A stretch of 63,831 nucleotides of DNA, filler included. It is 6 parts of 6 records of this genome, joined end to end, with 100 filler letters (N's around TTAATTAATTAA, not from the genome) between each part and the next. Parts side by side here need not be neighbours in the genome. Positions count along the whole stretch, not along the records: positions 35,823 to 43,189 come from SRR31156797_4775; positions 43,290 to 50,663 come from SRR31156797_4776; 4 more parts are not named here. One strand, written 5' to 3'. Made by a program: the position numbers and the translations under genes. Of the stretch, positions 40,868-50,763 are shown one piece after another. The notes beneath the pieces were generated by a model that saw nothing but the letters and a program-made list of their open reading frames with translations, was not told the DNA's origin and did no database searches. How positions within the stretch are numbered: the stretch's first letter is position 1; the number at the start of each line of letters is the position of its first letter.

Positions 40868-41306
40868 CAATTAACAGTGTACAGTTAACAACGATAATAT
40901 TATTATTTTGGAATTAGGTTATTTCGAGTAGTTTTGACAATAGAATTAAGGATTTTATTGATTTCAATGCAATCTATTAATAAAGTATCCCAATAATCAC
41001 CATAAAGTTTTGAATCTCTTAATTGCTTGATCCAAAATTCTGTTTCAGCCGCTTCCTTAAGGGCAATGTTCATTTTATGTAAAAAATCTTTCTTGCTCTG
41101 GGCATACTCTCCTTCAACTACGTTTGCTCCAATGCTAGTGCCTGATTTCAATAATTGTTTTGAAATAACATATTCTTTGTAATGTGATTGCATGAAGTTG
41201 GAACATTTAATAATTCTTTTTGAAAAACAGTAAGTTTTATCGGCAATTATGCTCGTCCCCATTTTCGTCTCCCTGTATTTCGTTGTTAACTGTCTGCTGT
41301 TAACTT
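40868..41306 (-). repeat. Heptamer-periodic inverted repeats enclosing the intact four-helix-bundle gene
   Basis: ACAGTTAACAACGA (40881-40894) is the exact reverse complement of TCGTTGTTAACTGT (41280-41293); extends to 21/24. Confidence 0.75.
40903..41262 (-). CDS. Four-helix-bundle protein (TIGR02436/23S rRNA-IVP family)
   Basis: QLLKSGTSIGANVVEG...SKKDFLHKMNIALKEAAETEFWI signature. Confidence 0.92.
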   Translation of the reverse strand: MGTSIIADKTYCFSKRIIKCSNFMQSHYKEYVISKQLLKSGTSIGANVVEGEYAQSKKDFLHKMNIALKEAAETEFWIKQLRDSKLYGDYWDTLLIDCIEINKILNSIVKTTRNNLIPK

Positions 41307-41612
41307 CTTAAGTATTTCCTCCAACTCTTCCTCTTTGTATTCAAGCTTCCTCAAATACCGATGAATATTGATGGCTAAAAAAGGCCATACTACCAAACAA
41401 AGGACACCGAGAGCAAAAGAAAGGGATTTGACGGGATTATTCATGAGGTTGCCAAGTCCAAAACCCAGCAGAATAATACTTTCAAAGAAAATAAAAGCCA
41501 ATTGTTTGAGCTTGGTTCGCCTGACCCATTTTTTAATATCATCAATGGTCAGGTCTTTGCGTTTGTCTTCATCGAAAGCACGTTCAAGTTCTTTTATAAG
41601 AAATTCTTTCAT
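41286..41612 (-). CDS. Hypothetical small membrane protein (2 TM)
   Basis: 108-aa ORF with two hydrophobic segments; RBS GGAG; starts 1 nt after the upstream nuclease stop. Confidence 0.6.
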   Translation of the reverse strand: MKEFLIKELERAFDEDKRKDLTIDDIKKWVRRTKLKQLAFIFFESIILLGFGLGNLMNNPVKSLSFALGVLCLVVWPFLAINIHRYLRKLEYKEEELEEILKKLTADS

Positions 41613-41613
41613 T

Positions 41614-43188
41614 TCAATTCTCCTTGTTCTTCAATCTTGTGTCCTTTCGGCATAATCCGATATGAGGACAATATTTACATGTATCTGAAAAATCTTTCTC
41701 TGTAATATAATACTTTCCGGCAGCTATTTGAGAAAAAAGATCGTGTAAGTGCTTTTCAAACTCTTCAATAGATAGCCTGCTTTGAACAAGTTTAATTTCT
41801 TCTTCATTAAGGGTTAACTCCATCATTACAGCACCATATTTCTTGCTATCTTTAACGATCTCATACATGGCCTTCTGCTCATATTCGGGATAATCTTCGG
41901 CACAGTATTTTAAATACAAATAAAGCTGAGACATCAATTTCTTAGATAAATTGCTCGCTGTTATCTTCCCTGTTTTGAAATCCGAAGCGATGAGTTTCTT
42001 CTCTTTATCATCAAGCATGATCTTATCAATTCGTCCTCTCAGCTTGATGTCAAGATCGCTGTGTTCGAGTTCAATATTCTCAAATTTTTTCTCGCTTTCA
42101 AATCTATCGTAATCAGAATATTTTTCTTTGATCAGCTCAAGATTTTTAACCAGGCAATTTTTCTCTGATCCGGGGAACATATTCTTGATATAATTCCTGA
42201 ATTGATCTATCTGCTGAGGATCATTCGCATCGACTTTTTCATTTTCAAAAGCCTTATTCAGACAAGTGCTCATCAATTCAAGTGCCGGAAGCATTTCTAA
42301 TTTATATCCTCCATCAGCGATAAAGTATTCAAATGTCTTATGGACTACATTCCCTCGTTTGCTTGTCCAATACAACAATTCCTCCTGGTCCATGGGATTA
42401 CATTTCAATATGGTCTCAAGGTAGAATTTCATGGGGCAAGCCAGTAATTTGTCCACCTGTGTAACGGATACATCAAATTGCTGTTGTACAACATCAATAT
42501 CACCGCTGAATTCACCTTTTTTGCCTTCAAGGATCTCATGGTGGCGTTCAACAAGTAGGCTATCATTTCCGCTGATCATGTGATCTGCATATTCCAATAA
42601 TTTTTCTCGTCGGGAGATGGCCGCTTCATCTATTATATCTAGCTTCAGGTCTTCAAGAAAGGATGATCTGTTCTGTTCGGAGCCGTCTTCAGCATGAGCG
42701 GATGTACAGAATACCACTTTGTCACCCAGCTTCTTCCATTCATTCATAAAATGCTTATTTAATTCCAGAGTGTAGTCGCGATTTCTGCTAAAGAAAGGAT
42801 TATCGCCTTCCTGTCGCGGAATGTCCCCTTCGACCATGCCAAGTACGTAAAGTTTGTCGGCCTGGACGCCCAAACTGTCCAATAAGCCAACCACAGGAAT
42901 TCCATTTAGCTGATCCCTGCGCGGGATGCTTTCTTTTTTGATCCGCTCACTCATTTCACGATAGATCGAAGCAATATCCGTTTTAGGATCAATGATCATC
43001 AGATCTTTAATAACCTTTTCAAGCACCTCAAGAAATTTGTCACAAGCTTTACTTGTGTCACTGTCTTTGTCCTTTTTCAGATCTTTTGCAAACTGACTGA
43101 CATATTCCGGAAGTTCCGAACTTTTTCTACACAGGCTAAGATCCATTGATGGTAGAGGCAGTTCCTTCATGGGATTATTTCTAAGATC
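41614..43188 (-). CDS. AddB/RexB-like PD-(D/E)XK nuclease subunit (5'-truncated)
   Basis: LACPMKF, RGNVVH, RGRIDK, SDFKTG, QLYLY, CKYCPHIGLC (Fe-S staple); the frame is open to the contig edge. Confidence 0.85.
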   Translation of the reverse strand, partial: DLRNNPMKELPLPSMDLSLCRKSSELPEYVSQFAKDLKKDKDSDTSKACDKFLEVLEKVIKDLMIIDPKTDIASIYREMSERIKKESIPRRDQLNGIPVVGLLDSLGVQADKLYVLGMVEGDIPRQEGDNPFFSRNRDYTLELNKHFMNEWKKLGDKVVFCTSAHAEDGSEQNRSSFLEDLKLDIIDEAAISRREKLLEYADHMISGNDSLLVERHHEILEGKKGEFSGDIDVVQQQFDVSVTQVDKLLACPMKFYLETILKCNPMDQEELLYWTSKRGNVVHKTFEYFIADGGYKLEMLPALELMSTCLNKAFENEKVDANDPQQIDQFRNYIKNMFPGSEKNCLVKNLELIKEKYSDYDRFESEKKFENIELEHSDLDIKLRGRIDKIMLDDKEKKLIASDFKTGKITASNLSKKLMSQLYLYLKYCAEDYPEYEQKAMYEIVKDSKKYGAVMMELTLNEEEIKLVQSRLSIEEFEKHLHDLFSQIAAGKYYITEKDFSDTCKYCPHIGLCRKDTRLKNKEN

Positions 43189-43189
43189 T

Positions 43190-43289
43190 NNNNNNNNNNN
43201 NNNNNNNNNNNNNNNNNNNNNNNNNNNNNNNNNTTAATTAATTAANNNNNNNNNNNNNNNNNNNNNNNNNNNNNNNNNNNNNNNNNNNN
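43190..43289. other. Artificial contig spacer
   Basis: N-run, TTAATTAATTAA, N-run. Confidence 0.98.
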
Positions 43290-43324
43290 CAAATTGGTCA
43301 GAAACTAATAATTTATCCGCAGAA

Positions 43325-44797
43325 ATGAAGCCCGCAAAAATATTGTTTTTTACGCTTTGCGTTTTTCTGTTGCTGGCAGGAACAATGTGGTTTACTCCCA
43401 ACGAGGGGGTAAAAATGGGGCCTTTTACTTTTCATATGCCCACTTTTTCGGAAATGCTGTTAACCGATGAGGTTGAGTATGCCGATGTTTCGGAAATTCT
43501 GGAACATCAGTTTGATATCGATTCACTTGTCGATTTTGAAATGGAAGCAGATTCTGCCGGTACCGATTCTGTTCTGGAAATTATACCAAAAGCCAGTTAC
43601 GATTCTTTGGTTCAATCCATTCATAAAATTGAATTGAATGATACAGGTAAAATAAATCTGGGGCGTTTTTTTCAAACATTACACGATTCTTCTTCAGTAC
43701 GAATAATGCATTACGGCGATAGTCAGATTGAAGGCGACCGGATTACCAGTTTTATACGAAATAAATTGCAGGTAAAATTTGGTGGAAGTGGCCCCGGTTT
43801 ACGCCCTGCATTGCAGCCTTACGATTATATTTTTAGTGCTGTTCAGGAAAATTCGGAAAACTGGAAAAGATACCCGATTTACGGAAATGTAGACTCTACT
43901 GTTGAACACGATCGTTATGGAGTAATGGGGGCATTTTCAAGATTTGCACCGCCGGTAAGCGATACGTTACCATTTCCCGATTCTGTTTTTTACGAGGCTG
44001 AACTGAGCATTTCAAAATCGGATATTTCATATAAACTGACTAAGGAATACGAGCATTTCAGAATGTTTTACGGAAATGCCAAACGCCCGGTTTTTATGCA
44101 GTTAATGGTTAAAAGCGATACATTCCTGACCGATACAATTCAGCCAGATATAAACTATGGAGTTGTAGAATGCGATTTGCCGGATTCTGTAAATCATATT
44201 TCAGTGAAATTTGCCGGGTATGATAGTCCCGATATTTATGGAATTGAACTGGGATCGAAAGAAGGGGTGAAAGTGGATAATATTGCGTTACGGGGTAGTT
44301 CGGGTACCATTTTTAACAAATCGGATTATTTGCACAGTATGAAAATGTACCATGATTTGAATCCCGGACTTTTTATACTTCAGTTTGGCGGAAATGTTAT
44401 GCCGTATATCGACGAACAGAATGAGATTGAAAGATACGGACGTTGGTTCCAGAGCCAGATTAAAAGATTACAGAATATTTGTCCCGATGCAGCAATTATT
44501 GTTATTGGCCCCAGCGATATGTCGACCAAAGAAAAAGACAAATATGTAACCTACGATTATTTGCCCGATGTTGTTGAGACATTAAAAGAAACTGCTGTTT
44601 CGAACGGTTGTGGGTTTTGGAATATGTATGAAGCCATGGGAGGATTTAACAGCATGCCATCGTGGGTAAATGCCGAACCGGAACTGGCGCGGCCCGATTA
44701 TGTGCATTTTTCGCCGAGAGGTGCCCGGCTGGTTGCCAACATGTTTTACAATGCACTTATTTTTGAATACAACAATTTTTTAAAGGAAGCGAAATGA
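43325..44797 (+). CDS. SGNH/GDSL-family O-acetyltransferase/esterase (PatB/Ape-like)
   Basis: HYGDSQ, LRGSSG, QFGGN and PDYVH blocks. Confidence 0.85.
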   Translation: MKPAKILFFTLCVFLLLAGTMWFTPNEGVKMGPFTFHMPTFSEMLLTDEVEYADVSEILEHQFDIDSLVDFEMEADSAGTDSVLEIIPKASYDSLVQSIHKIELNDTGKINLGRFFQTLHDSSSVRIMHYGDSQIEGDRITSFIRNKLQVKFGGSGPGLRPALQPYDYIFSAVQENSENWKRYPIYGNVDSTVEHDRYGVMGAFSRFAPPVSDTLPFPDSVFYEAELSISKSDISYKLTKEYEHFRMFYGNAKRPVFMQLMVKSDTFLTDTIQPDINYGVVECDLPDSVNHISVKFAGYDSPDIYGIELGSKEGVKVDNIALRGSSGTIFNKSDYLHSMKMYHDLNPGLFILQFGGNVMPYIDEQNEIERYGRWFQSQIKRLQNICPDAAIIVIGPSDMSTKEKDKYVTYDYLPDVVETLKETAVSNGCGFWNMYEAMGGFNSMPSWVNAEPELARPDYVHFSPRGARLVANMFYNALIFEYNNFLKEAK

Positions 44798-46044
44798 GAA
44801 GAGTTGTTTTAATGTTGTTTTTTGTATTTTGTTTTGGGGCGGTTTTTTCTCAAAACGACTCTTATTTCTATCATACAAATCCGTATAATTTTATTCGTAC
44901 CGATTTAAATGAAATGTATCATTTCGGAGATGATTTTTATTCACAAACATTTTATAATAAACTCGATACACTTTTAAAAACCGGCGAGGGAAGAATTAAT
45001 GTGGTTCACATTGGTGGTTCTCATATTCAGGCGGGAACTTTCTCAGGGCAAATTCGAACCCGTTTACAGCAGTTAAACGGAGAAATGAATGCCGGCTGGG
45101 GATTTATGTTTCCCTACCGGATTTCACGTACAAATTCTCCTTTTGGTTATTATATCCGGTATTCAGGAAGTTGGCAAAGTTGCCGAAATATTGAAAAACG
45201 AAAAAACGATTTATTGGGAGTAGGAGGGATTTCAGCAACAACAAACTCCCCATTGGCCGATTTAACCATTCTTTTAGAAGAGGATAATAAAATCGATTAC
45301 CGGTTTAATAAAGTAAAGGTTTTTTACAATTCGGAAAATTCAAATTATAATGTTTTAATAGATAGTTCGCTGGTTCAGCAAAAAAATGAAGGCCATGATT
45401 TTGTTGAATTTTTGTTGAATTCGCATGTCGACAGTTTAAAAATTTCTATTCAGAAAAAAGATAATTCTCCGGGAACATTTTCGCTTTACGGAATTACTAC
45501 CGAATCGGCACCAAATGGTTTTGTTTACAATAGTATTGGTGTGAATGGCGCCCATGTTCCGGCATTTTTACGTTGCCAGCTTTTCGAAGAACAAATGGCA
45601 CAATTAAAACCCGATTTGGTAATTCTTGGACTTGGAATAAACGACGCCTACGGAAATCGGTTTTCGCAAAAAAAGTTTGAAAATAATTATACCGAATTAA
45701 TTGATAAAATAAGAAAAGCCGCGCCTAATACAGCCATCATTTTAACCACAAATAACGACAGTTATATGTATCGGCGGTATGTTAATAAAAACGGACTGAA
45801 AGTGCAGGAAAGCATGCATAAACTGGCCAAGAATAATAATGCCGGAGTATGGGATATGTTTTCGGTTATGGGCGGTTTAAATTCCATTATTTTGTGGGAA
45901 AAAAATAATTTGGCGCAACACGATAAAATTCATTTTACTCGTGAAGGATATTTATTGATGGGCGATTTGTTTTTTAATGCGTTGCTGCAGAATTACGAGA
46001 ATTATACTCAAACAGAAAATAAACTTACAGAACTAATACATTAA
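44794..46044 (+). CDS. SGNH/GDSL-family O-acetyltransferase/esterase
   Basis: HIGGSH, GVNGA, LGINDA and DKIH blocks. Confidence 0.85.
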   Translation: MRRVVLMLFFVFCFGAVFSQNDSYFYHTNPYNFIRTDLNEMYHFGDDFYSQTFYNKLDTLLKTGEGRINVVHIGGSHIQAGTFSGQIRTRLQQLNGEMNAGWGFMFPYRISRTNSPFGYYIRYSGSWQSCRNIEKRKNDLLGVGGISATTNSPLADLTILLEEDNKIDYRFNKVKVFYNSENSNYNVLIDSSLVQQKNEGHDFVEFLLNSHVDSLKISIQKKDNSPGTFSLYGITTESAPNGFVYNSIGVNGAHVPAFLRCQLFEEQMAQLKPDLVILGLGINDAYGNRFSQKKFENNYTELIDKIRKAAPNTAIILTTNNDSYMYRRYVNKNGLKVQESMHKLAKNNNAGVWDMFSVMGGLNSIILWEKNNLAQHDKIHFTREGYLLMGDLFFNALLQNYENYTQTENKLTELIH

Positions 46045-46047
46045 ATT

Positions 46048-47736
46048 TTGGGCATTTTACAGCAAATAGATTTAAACGAAGCGCTGCGAAGTATTTTTTT
46101 ATACGACAAAACGGCGCCGTTAATTTTTACCCGCTTTTTTTTCTGGGCATTTTTTGCTGTGGTTTTAATTGGTTACTCCTTGGTTTACAAACAAAAAAAC
46201 AGGAGTATCAGAGCCGGGTATTTATTTGTTGCCAGTTTGTTTTTCTATTATAAATCGAGTGGATTTTTCTTTTTTATTTTACTGTTCAGTACGTTTACCG
46301 ACTTTTTTATCGGGAAATGGATCTATTCGTCAACAAAAGAAACATTGCGGAAAATTCTGGTTGCGGTAAGTGTAATTATTAACCTTACTTTGCTGGCCTA
46401 TTTTAAATATTCCTACTTTTTTATTGAAAGCTTTAATACATTACTGGGAACCGATTTTCAGGTGGTAAATCATTTGGCACTCTGGGCAAACGAGGCCACA
46501 GGAACGCATTTTAATGTGAATCAGATTCTGCTTCCGGTTGGTATTTCGTTTTTTACATTTCAAACCATAAGTTATTCGGTTGATGTGTACCGGCGCGAAA
46601 CTGAACCGGTAAAAAACCTGATTGATTTTGGTTTTTATGTCTCCTTTTTTCCACAATTAGTAGCTGGGCCAATTGTTCGGGCATCGGGGTTTGTGAAACA
46701 GATTTATGAAGACTACAGGCTTTCGAAATATGAATTTGGATGGGCCATTTTTATGATTTTAAAGGGACTCATTAAAAAAATATTTATTGGCGATTATATT
46801 GCGGTGAACTTTGTCGATCGGGTATTTTCCGATCCGGTAACCTATTCCGGGTTTGAAAATTTAATGGCTCTTTTTGGATATTCGCTTCAGGTTTATGTCG
46901 ACTTTTCGGGGTATACCGATATTGCCATTGGAGTTGCATTGTTGATGGGATTTCGATTGCCACAAAACTTTAATTCGCCGTATAAAGCTACAAGTGTAAG
47001 TGATTTTTGGAAACGCTGGCACATGTCGCTTTCTTCGTGGTTGAAAGACTACCTGTATATTCCCATTGGCGGAAATCGCAGTGGATCGGTGTTTAGTTAT
47101 ATTAGTTTAGGCATTATTCTGGCAATAATTGTCTTACTGGCCGGTAAGTTTATTTTAGTACCCATTTTTGCGGGTTTAGTTATTTTGTTTGCCATTTTAT
47201 CAAAAATCTTTCCTGATGTAAAACGACAAATCGATACCAATATTAATTTAATGCTGACGATGCTACTTGGCGGATTGTGGCATGGAGCTTCGTGGCAGTT
47301 TATAATTTGGGGCGGATTAAACGGAGTTGGACTGGTATTTTATAAATTTTGGCGGAAAATAAGCCCATGGGAAAAACGAAGCGGCTGGCTAATTAATATC
47401 TGGAAAATTGCAATAACGTTTTGTTTTATCACGTTTACGCGTATTTTTTTCCGTTCCGAATCGATGGAAGTGGTAAACGGGATGATGCACCAGATCGGGA
47501 CAGATTTGAATTTCAAAATGATACCACAGGTTTTAATCGCCTATAAATGGGTTTTTCTGGTTATGTTTTTCGGATTTTTTATTCACTGGCTGAGCACAAG
47601 CTGGAAAGAAAAAATTACAAACTGGTTTATTGGAACGCCTTTATGGTTAAAAATTGTTATTTCAACCATTGTTGTAATTTTTGTTTATCAATCGATTTCT
47701 TCAGAAATGCAACCCTTTATTTATTTTCAGTTTTAA
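46048..47736 (+). CDS. MBOAT family O-acyltransferase (PatA/AlgI-like)
   Basis: LPVGISFFTFQ, DFSGYTDIAIG, FWKRWH, GLWHGA, C-terminal PFIYFQF. Confidence 0.92.
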   Translation: MGILQQIDLNEALRSIFLYDKTAPLIFTRFFFWAFFAVVLIGYSLVYKQKNRSIRAGYLFVASLFFYYKSSGFFFFILLFSTFTDFFIGKWIYSSTKETLRKILVAVSVIINLTLLAYFKYSYFFIESFNTLLGTDFQVVNHLALWANEATGTHFNVNQILLPVGISFFTFQTISYSVDVYRRETEPVKNLIDFGFYVSFFPQLVAGPIVRASGFVKQIYEDYRLSKYEFGWAIFMILKGLIKKIFIGDYIAVNFVDRVFSDPVTYSGFENLMALFGYSLQVYVDFSGYTDIAIGVALLMGFRLPQNFNSPYKATSVSDFWKRWHMSLSSWLKDYLYIPIGGNRSGSVFSYISLGIILAIIVLLAGKFILVPIFAGLVILFAILSKIFPDVKRQIDTNINLMLTMLLGGLWHGASWQFIIWGGLNGVGLVFYKFWRKISPWEKRSGWLINIWKIAITFCFITFTRIFFRSESMEVVNGMMHQIGTDLNFKMIPQVLIAYKWVFLVMFFGFFIHWLSTSWKEKITNWFIGTPLWLKIVISTIVVIFVYQSISSEMQPFIYFQF

Positions 47737-49587
47737 TTATTCAAATTGAAGGGGGAGTGGTGCGGTTGGTTCAAAACTGTAAAAATTCTGTTTTAACTGT
47801 TCATTTAAAATAAAGCCTACAAAACTCATGTCGTTTGGGTGAAACGGATAAAATGCCAGTCGTAGTTGCAGCGTTTTAAAAACCAGGTTTTCGTTGTGCA
47901 TGCGCAATCCAAAACCAAGCCCGCTGTAATAGTTTTCAGTAAAAATCAGGTTTTTATTTGAACCAATAATTCCTACATCAGCAAATCCATAAAACGCCAG
48001 ATTAAATTTGTAAAATTCTTTTCGTAAAAAAAGTACATATTCAAGATTCATACTTAATTTTTGTTTCCCAATAGCTTCTCTGCTTGAAAATCCGCGAATA
48101 TCTTCTTTTCTTTTTAAATCGATATTTTCTATTCCAAAACGCTGAACACCCAACATATAATTGGTTCGTACAAATAATCGAAATCGTTTTCTTCCGGCAT
48201 GCACCTGGCGCGAAATAAAATTTAAACTTCCCTGAATTTGCCCCTGTTCAAAATCGGTCTTATTAAAGTATCCACCAATTCCGGCTGATAGATATAAATA
48301 ACCTGTTCTTTTAATCAGCAAATTTCCATTCGATAAATATAAATGCATGTAATGGCGGTTACCAAATTCGTTGGCATCAAATCCGTAAACAATTTCATTT
48401 TTAAAACCTTCGGGAATATCTTCTACAATTCCATAACTATAAATTAACTGGTCCTGAACATAGCGTCGCTGGGTAAAAGTTACACCAGCCATATAAAACG
48501 TGTTATTGGCGAAATAATGGTTTTCAGGAAGCAAAGGATCGGGGCGCTGAAAGAAACTACGGTTGTAAACAGCACCTGAAATTATCATTTGCGAATTATT
48601 ATAATTGTTTTGGTTTATTTGAAAACTGCGACCGGCCCACGCACTTAAAAATGTTAAATCAAGCGGTACTTCAGTCTTTAGCGGATCGGTGTCAAATATC
48701 CGGTTTGTTCTATACATTCGTAAAGCAGAAGCACCATATCCCCATTTTATTGAAGGTGTAATAAAAGGTTTGTCTAAAACAAAGGAGAAACCCTCTTTTA
48801 AATACGTATTCATGTAACCTGCCGAAATGTCGATAAATTTTCCTTTGATATTATTTATGGAGTAAAATGTTTCAATTCCGGTATAAGGCTGGCGGTGCAG
48901 ATGCCCTACAAACCGAAAAGATATTTCGTGTCCAACACCAAAAATATTCTGATTATATAATTCTAGAGCAGCCGAGCTGGTACCGTTTACTCCGCCCGAA
49001 ACACCTAGTGAAAACCTATCTTTGGTAATTACATGAACTTTAACCAAACCTTCATAAATCGAATCCTGGACAACTAAAAACCGGACATCTTTTATATATG
49101 GTAACGATCGGATTATACGTTCATTTTCATACATTAATTCAGAATCCAACTGGTCACCAACTTTAAACATCAACAGTTTATTAATGGTGTTTAAGTTCGA
49201 TTTAGTATGTAAATTATTTGCAGTTCGCTCAATCCAGCTTTTGGCTTTTTTTGTTGTGTCGGTCAAACTTGGGCCAAAAACTTCAAGTGCGGTTATGTCA
49301 ATTTCAGAGATTATTTTTCCTTCCATTTGACTATAATAATCGAGAGCCAATGCTTCCTTATCAACATAAGGGCGGGGGGGGGAAATCATAAAATCATAAA
49401 AAAATCGGGTAAGTCTGTTTTTATTGGCTTTGTATTTCAGGCTATCGTAAAACTGATCATAATTATTTGGAGGTAATTCATCAATTTGAATTGTATCAAG
49501 AGTCACTTCCTGTGCATTTATTGTGGAATTGGAAGTACCTAAAAACAATCCGGTAATCAGAAATAATATCTTAAAATTCTCCCCCAT
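47737..49587 (-). CDS. BamA/TamA (Omp85)-like outer-membrane protein
   Basis: POTRA-like YENERIIRSLPYI, IRGF loop, GLGFGLR terminal strands. Confidence 0.7.
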   Translation of the reverse strand: MGENFKILFLITGLFLGTSNSTINAQEVTLDTIQIDELPPNNYDQFYDSLKYKANKNRLTRFFYDFMISPPRPYVDKEALALDYYSQMEGKIISEIDITALEVFGPSLTDTTKKAKSWIERTANNLHTKSNLNTINKLLMFKVGDQLDSELMYENERIIRSLPYIKDVRFLVVQDSIYEGLVKVHVITKDRFSLGVSGGVNGTSSAALELYNQNIFGVGHEISFRFVGHLHRQPYTGIETFYSINNIKGKFIDISAGYMNTYLKEGFSFVLDKPFITPSIKWGYGASALRMYRTNRIFDTDPLKTEVPLDLTFLSAWAGRSFQINQNNYNNSQMIISGAVYNRSFFQRPDPLLPENHYFANNTFYMAGVTFTQRRYVQDQLIYSYGIVEDIPEGFKNEIVYGFDANEFGNRHYMHLYLSNGNLLIKRTGYLYLSAGIGGYFNKTDFEQGQIQGSLNFISRQVHAGRKRFRLFVRTNYMLGVQRFGIENIDLKRKEDIRGFSSREAIGKQKLSMNLEYVLFLRKEFYKFNLAFYGFADVGIIGSNKNLIFTENYYSGLGFGLRMHNENLVFKTLQLRLAFYPFHPNDMSFVGFILNEQLKQNFYSFEPTAPLPLQFE

Positions 49588-49817
49588 TAGCCCCTTAAAA
49601 TACAATAATCTTACTTGAAAATTGTTTTCTTGAATAAGTAATTCAAAAACTTTTAGAAAAATAATAATTTTAATGATAAAAGTTTGGATAACAGTTTGTT
49701 AAATTCTGTTAAAGCGAAGCTTTCAACTTACCTTGAATAAAGATTGGGAAATTAAGTTTATTACACATATAATCGTACATGCAGCTGTTTTAGAGGTTTA
49801 TTTTATACTTTTGTTTT

Positions 49818-50549
49818 ATGAGCAGATTGGGAGAAATATATAAGCGGAATATATATGGAGTTATGGGAACTCTGGTGTTTCATATTTTGCTTGTTTCTAC
49901 TTTTCTGCTTGCCGACATCGATATGAAGGGAAATGTAAAGCAAGAGGAATTGTTGATTGAGTTTCCAGATATTTTACCTGAGCCTGAAGAAGAACAAGTT
50001 GATGAAACTGAAAGTCAGGAAGAAAGTGCGCAGGAAGCAATAACCCAAAATGCGCAATCACAAAGTACAAACCGTGCATCAAACCGAATGGCTTCAAACG
50101 AAGAATTTTTTGATGAAGAGTATCTTGAGGAAATTGAAGCAGCTAAGCAACTGGTTTCCGATTTGAATAATCAATTGTCGAAAGATATTGTTGATATTGA
50201 AGATATAAAAATGCCGGTTGAAACTACAGAAGGAATGAATCCGGATTCCATTAAAAATGTATTTTATTCGGGCGAGAGTAATATTGTATATTACCTGGAA
50301 AACAGGCATCATGTTAGTTTGCCAATTCCTGTATATTTGGCACAGGGGGGAGGAAAAGTAATTGTTGATATTTCGGTTAGCAGAAATGGTCGTGTGGTTT
50401 CGGCAATTGCTCGAAAGAATAATTCAATTCGCGATAAACAGTTGTTTTTATATGCTGAAGTAGCTGCTTCCAGAACCATCTTTAATGCCGATTTAAGTGC
50501 ATCGGAATTACAAAATGGCACAATTCATTATACTTTTATAGCGCAATGA
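49818..50549 (+). CDS. TonB-like energy transducer protein
   Basis: N-terminal TM with SHLS-type GTLVFHILL, acidic linker, C-terminal GGKVIVDISVSRNGRV...GTIHYTF. Confidence 0.7.
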   Translation: MSRLGEIYKRNIYGVMGTLVFHILLVSTFLLADIDMKGNVKQEELLIEFPDILPEPEEEQVDETESQEESAQEAITQNAQSQSTNRASNRMASNEEFFDEEYLEEIEAAKQLVSDLNNQLSKDIVDIEDIKMPVETTEGMNPDSIKNVFYSGESNIVYYLENRHHVSLPIPVYLAQGGGKVIVDISVSRNGRVVSAIARKNNSIRDKQLFLYAEVAASRTIFNADLSASELQNGTIHYTFIAQ

Positions 50550-50621
50550 TATTCATGTTAACTTAACCTAACCTTTAACATGATTTAACACTATTTTGTT
50601 GTACACTCTGATTTCTGACCC

Positions 50622-50663
50622 TATCTTTGTGGTACGTTTATTTTCATAAGTTTAGGTTTAGTT
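50622..50663 (+). ncRNA. Candidate Bacteroidota sRNA 5' end with -7 promoter (truncated)
   Basis: TATCTTTG (TAnnTTTG) followed by TTTTCATAAGTTTAGGTTTAGTT; the antisense reading is only an 8-codon ORF. Confidence 0.35.
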
Positions 50664-50763
50664 NNNNNNNNNNNNNNNNNNNNNNNNNNNNNNNNNNNNN
50701 NNNNNNNTTAATTAATTAANNNNNNNNNNNNNNNNNNNNNNNNNNNNNNNNNNNNNNNNNNNN
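50664..50763. other. Artificial contig spacer
   Basis: N-run, TTAATTAATTAA, N-run. Confidence 0.98.

Noticed and set aside
40903-41262. Avd of a diversity-generating retroelement, or a true 23S rRNA IVS
   Set aside because: No reverse transcriptase, TR/VR pair or rRNA sequence flanks the gene in this contig.
41614-43188. Cas4-like Fe-S nuclease suggesting a CRISPR locus
   Set aside because: A long N-terminal helicase-like remnant indicates AddB/RexB, and no cas genes or repeat-spacer array are present in the window.
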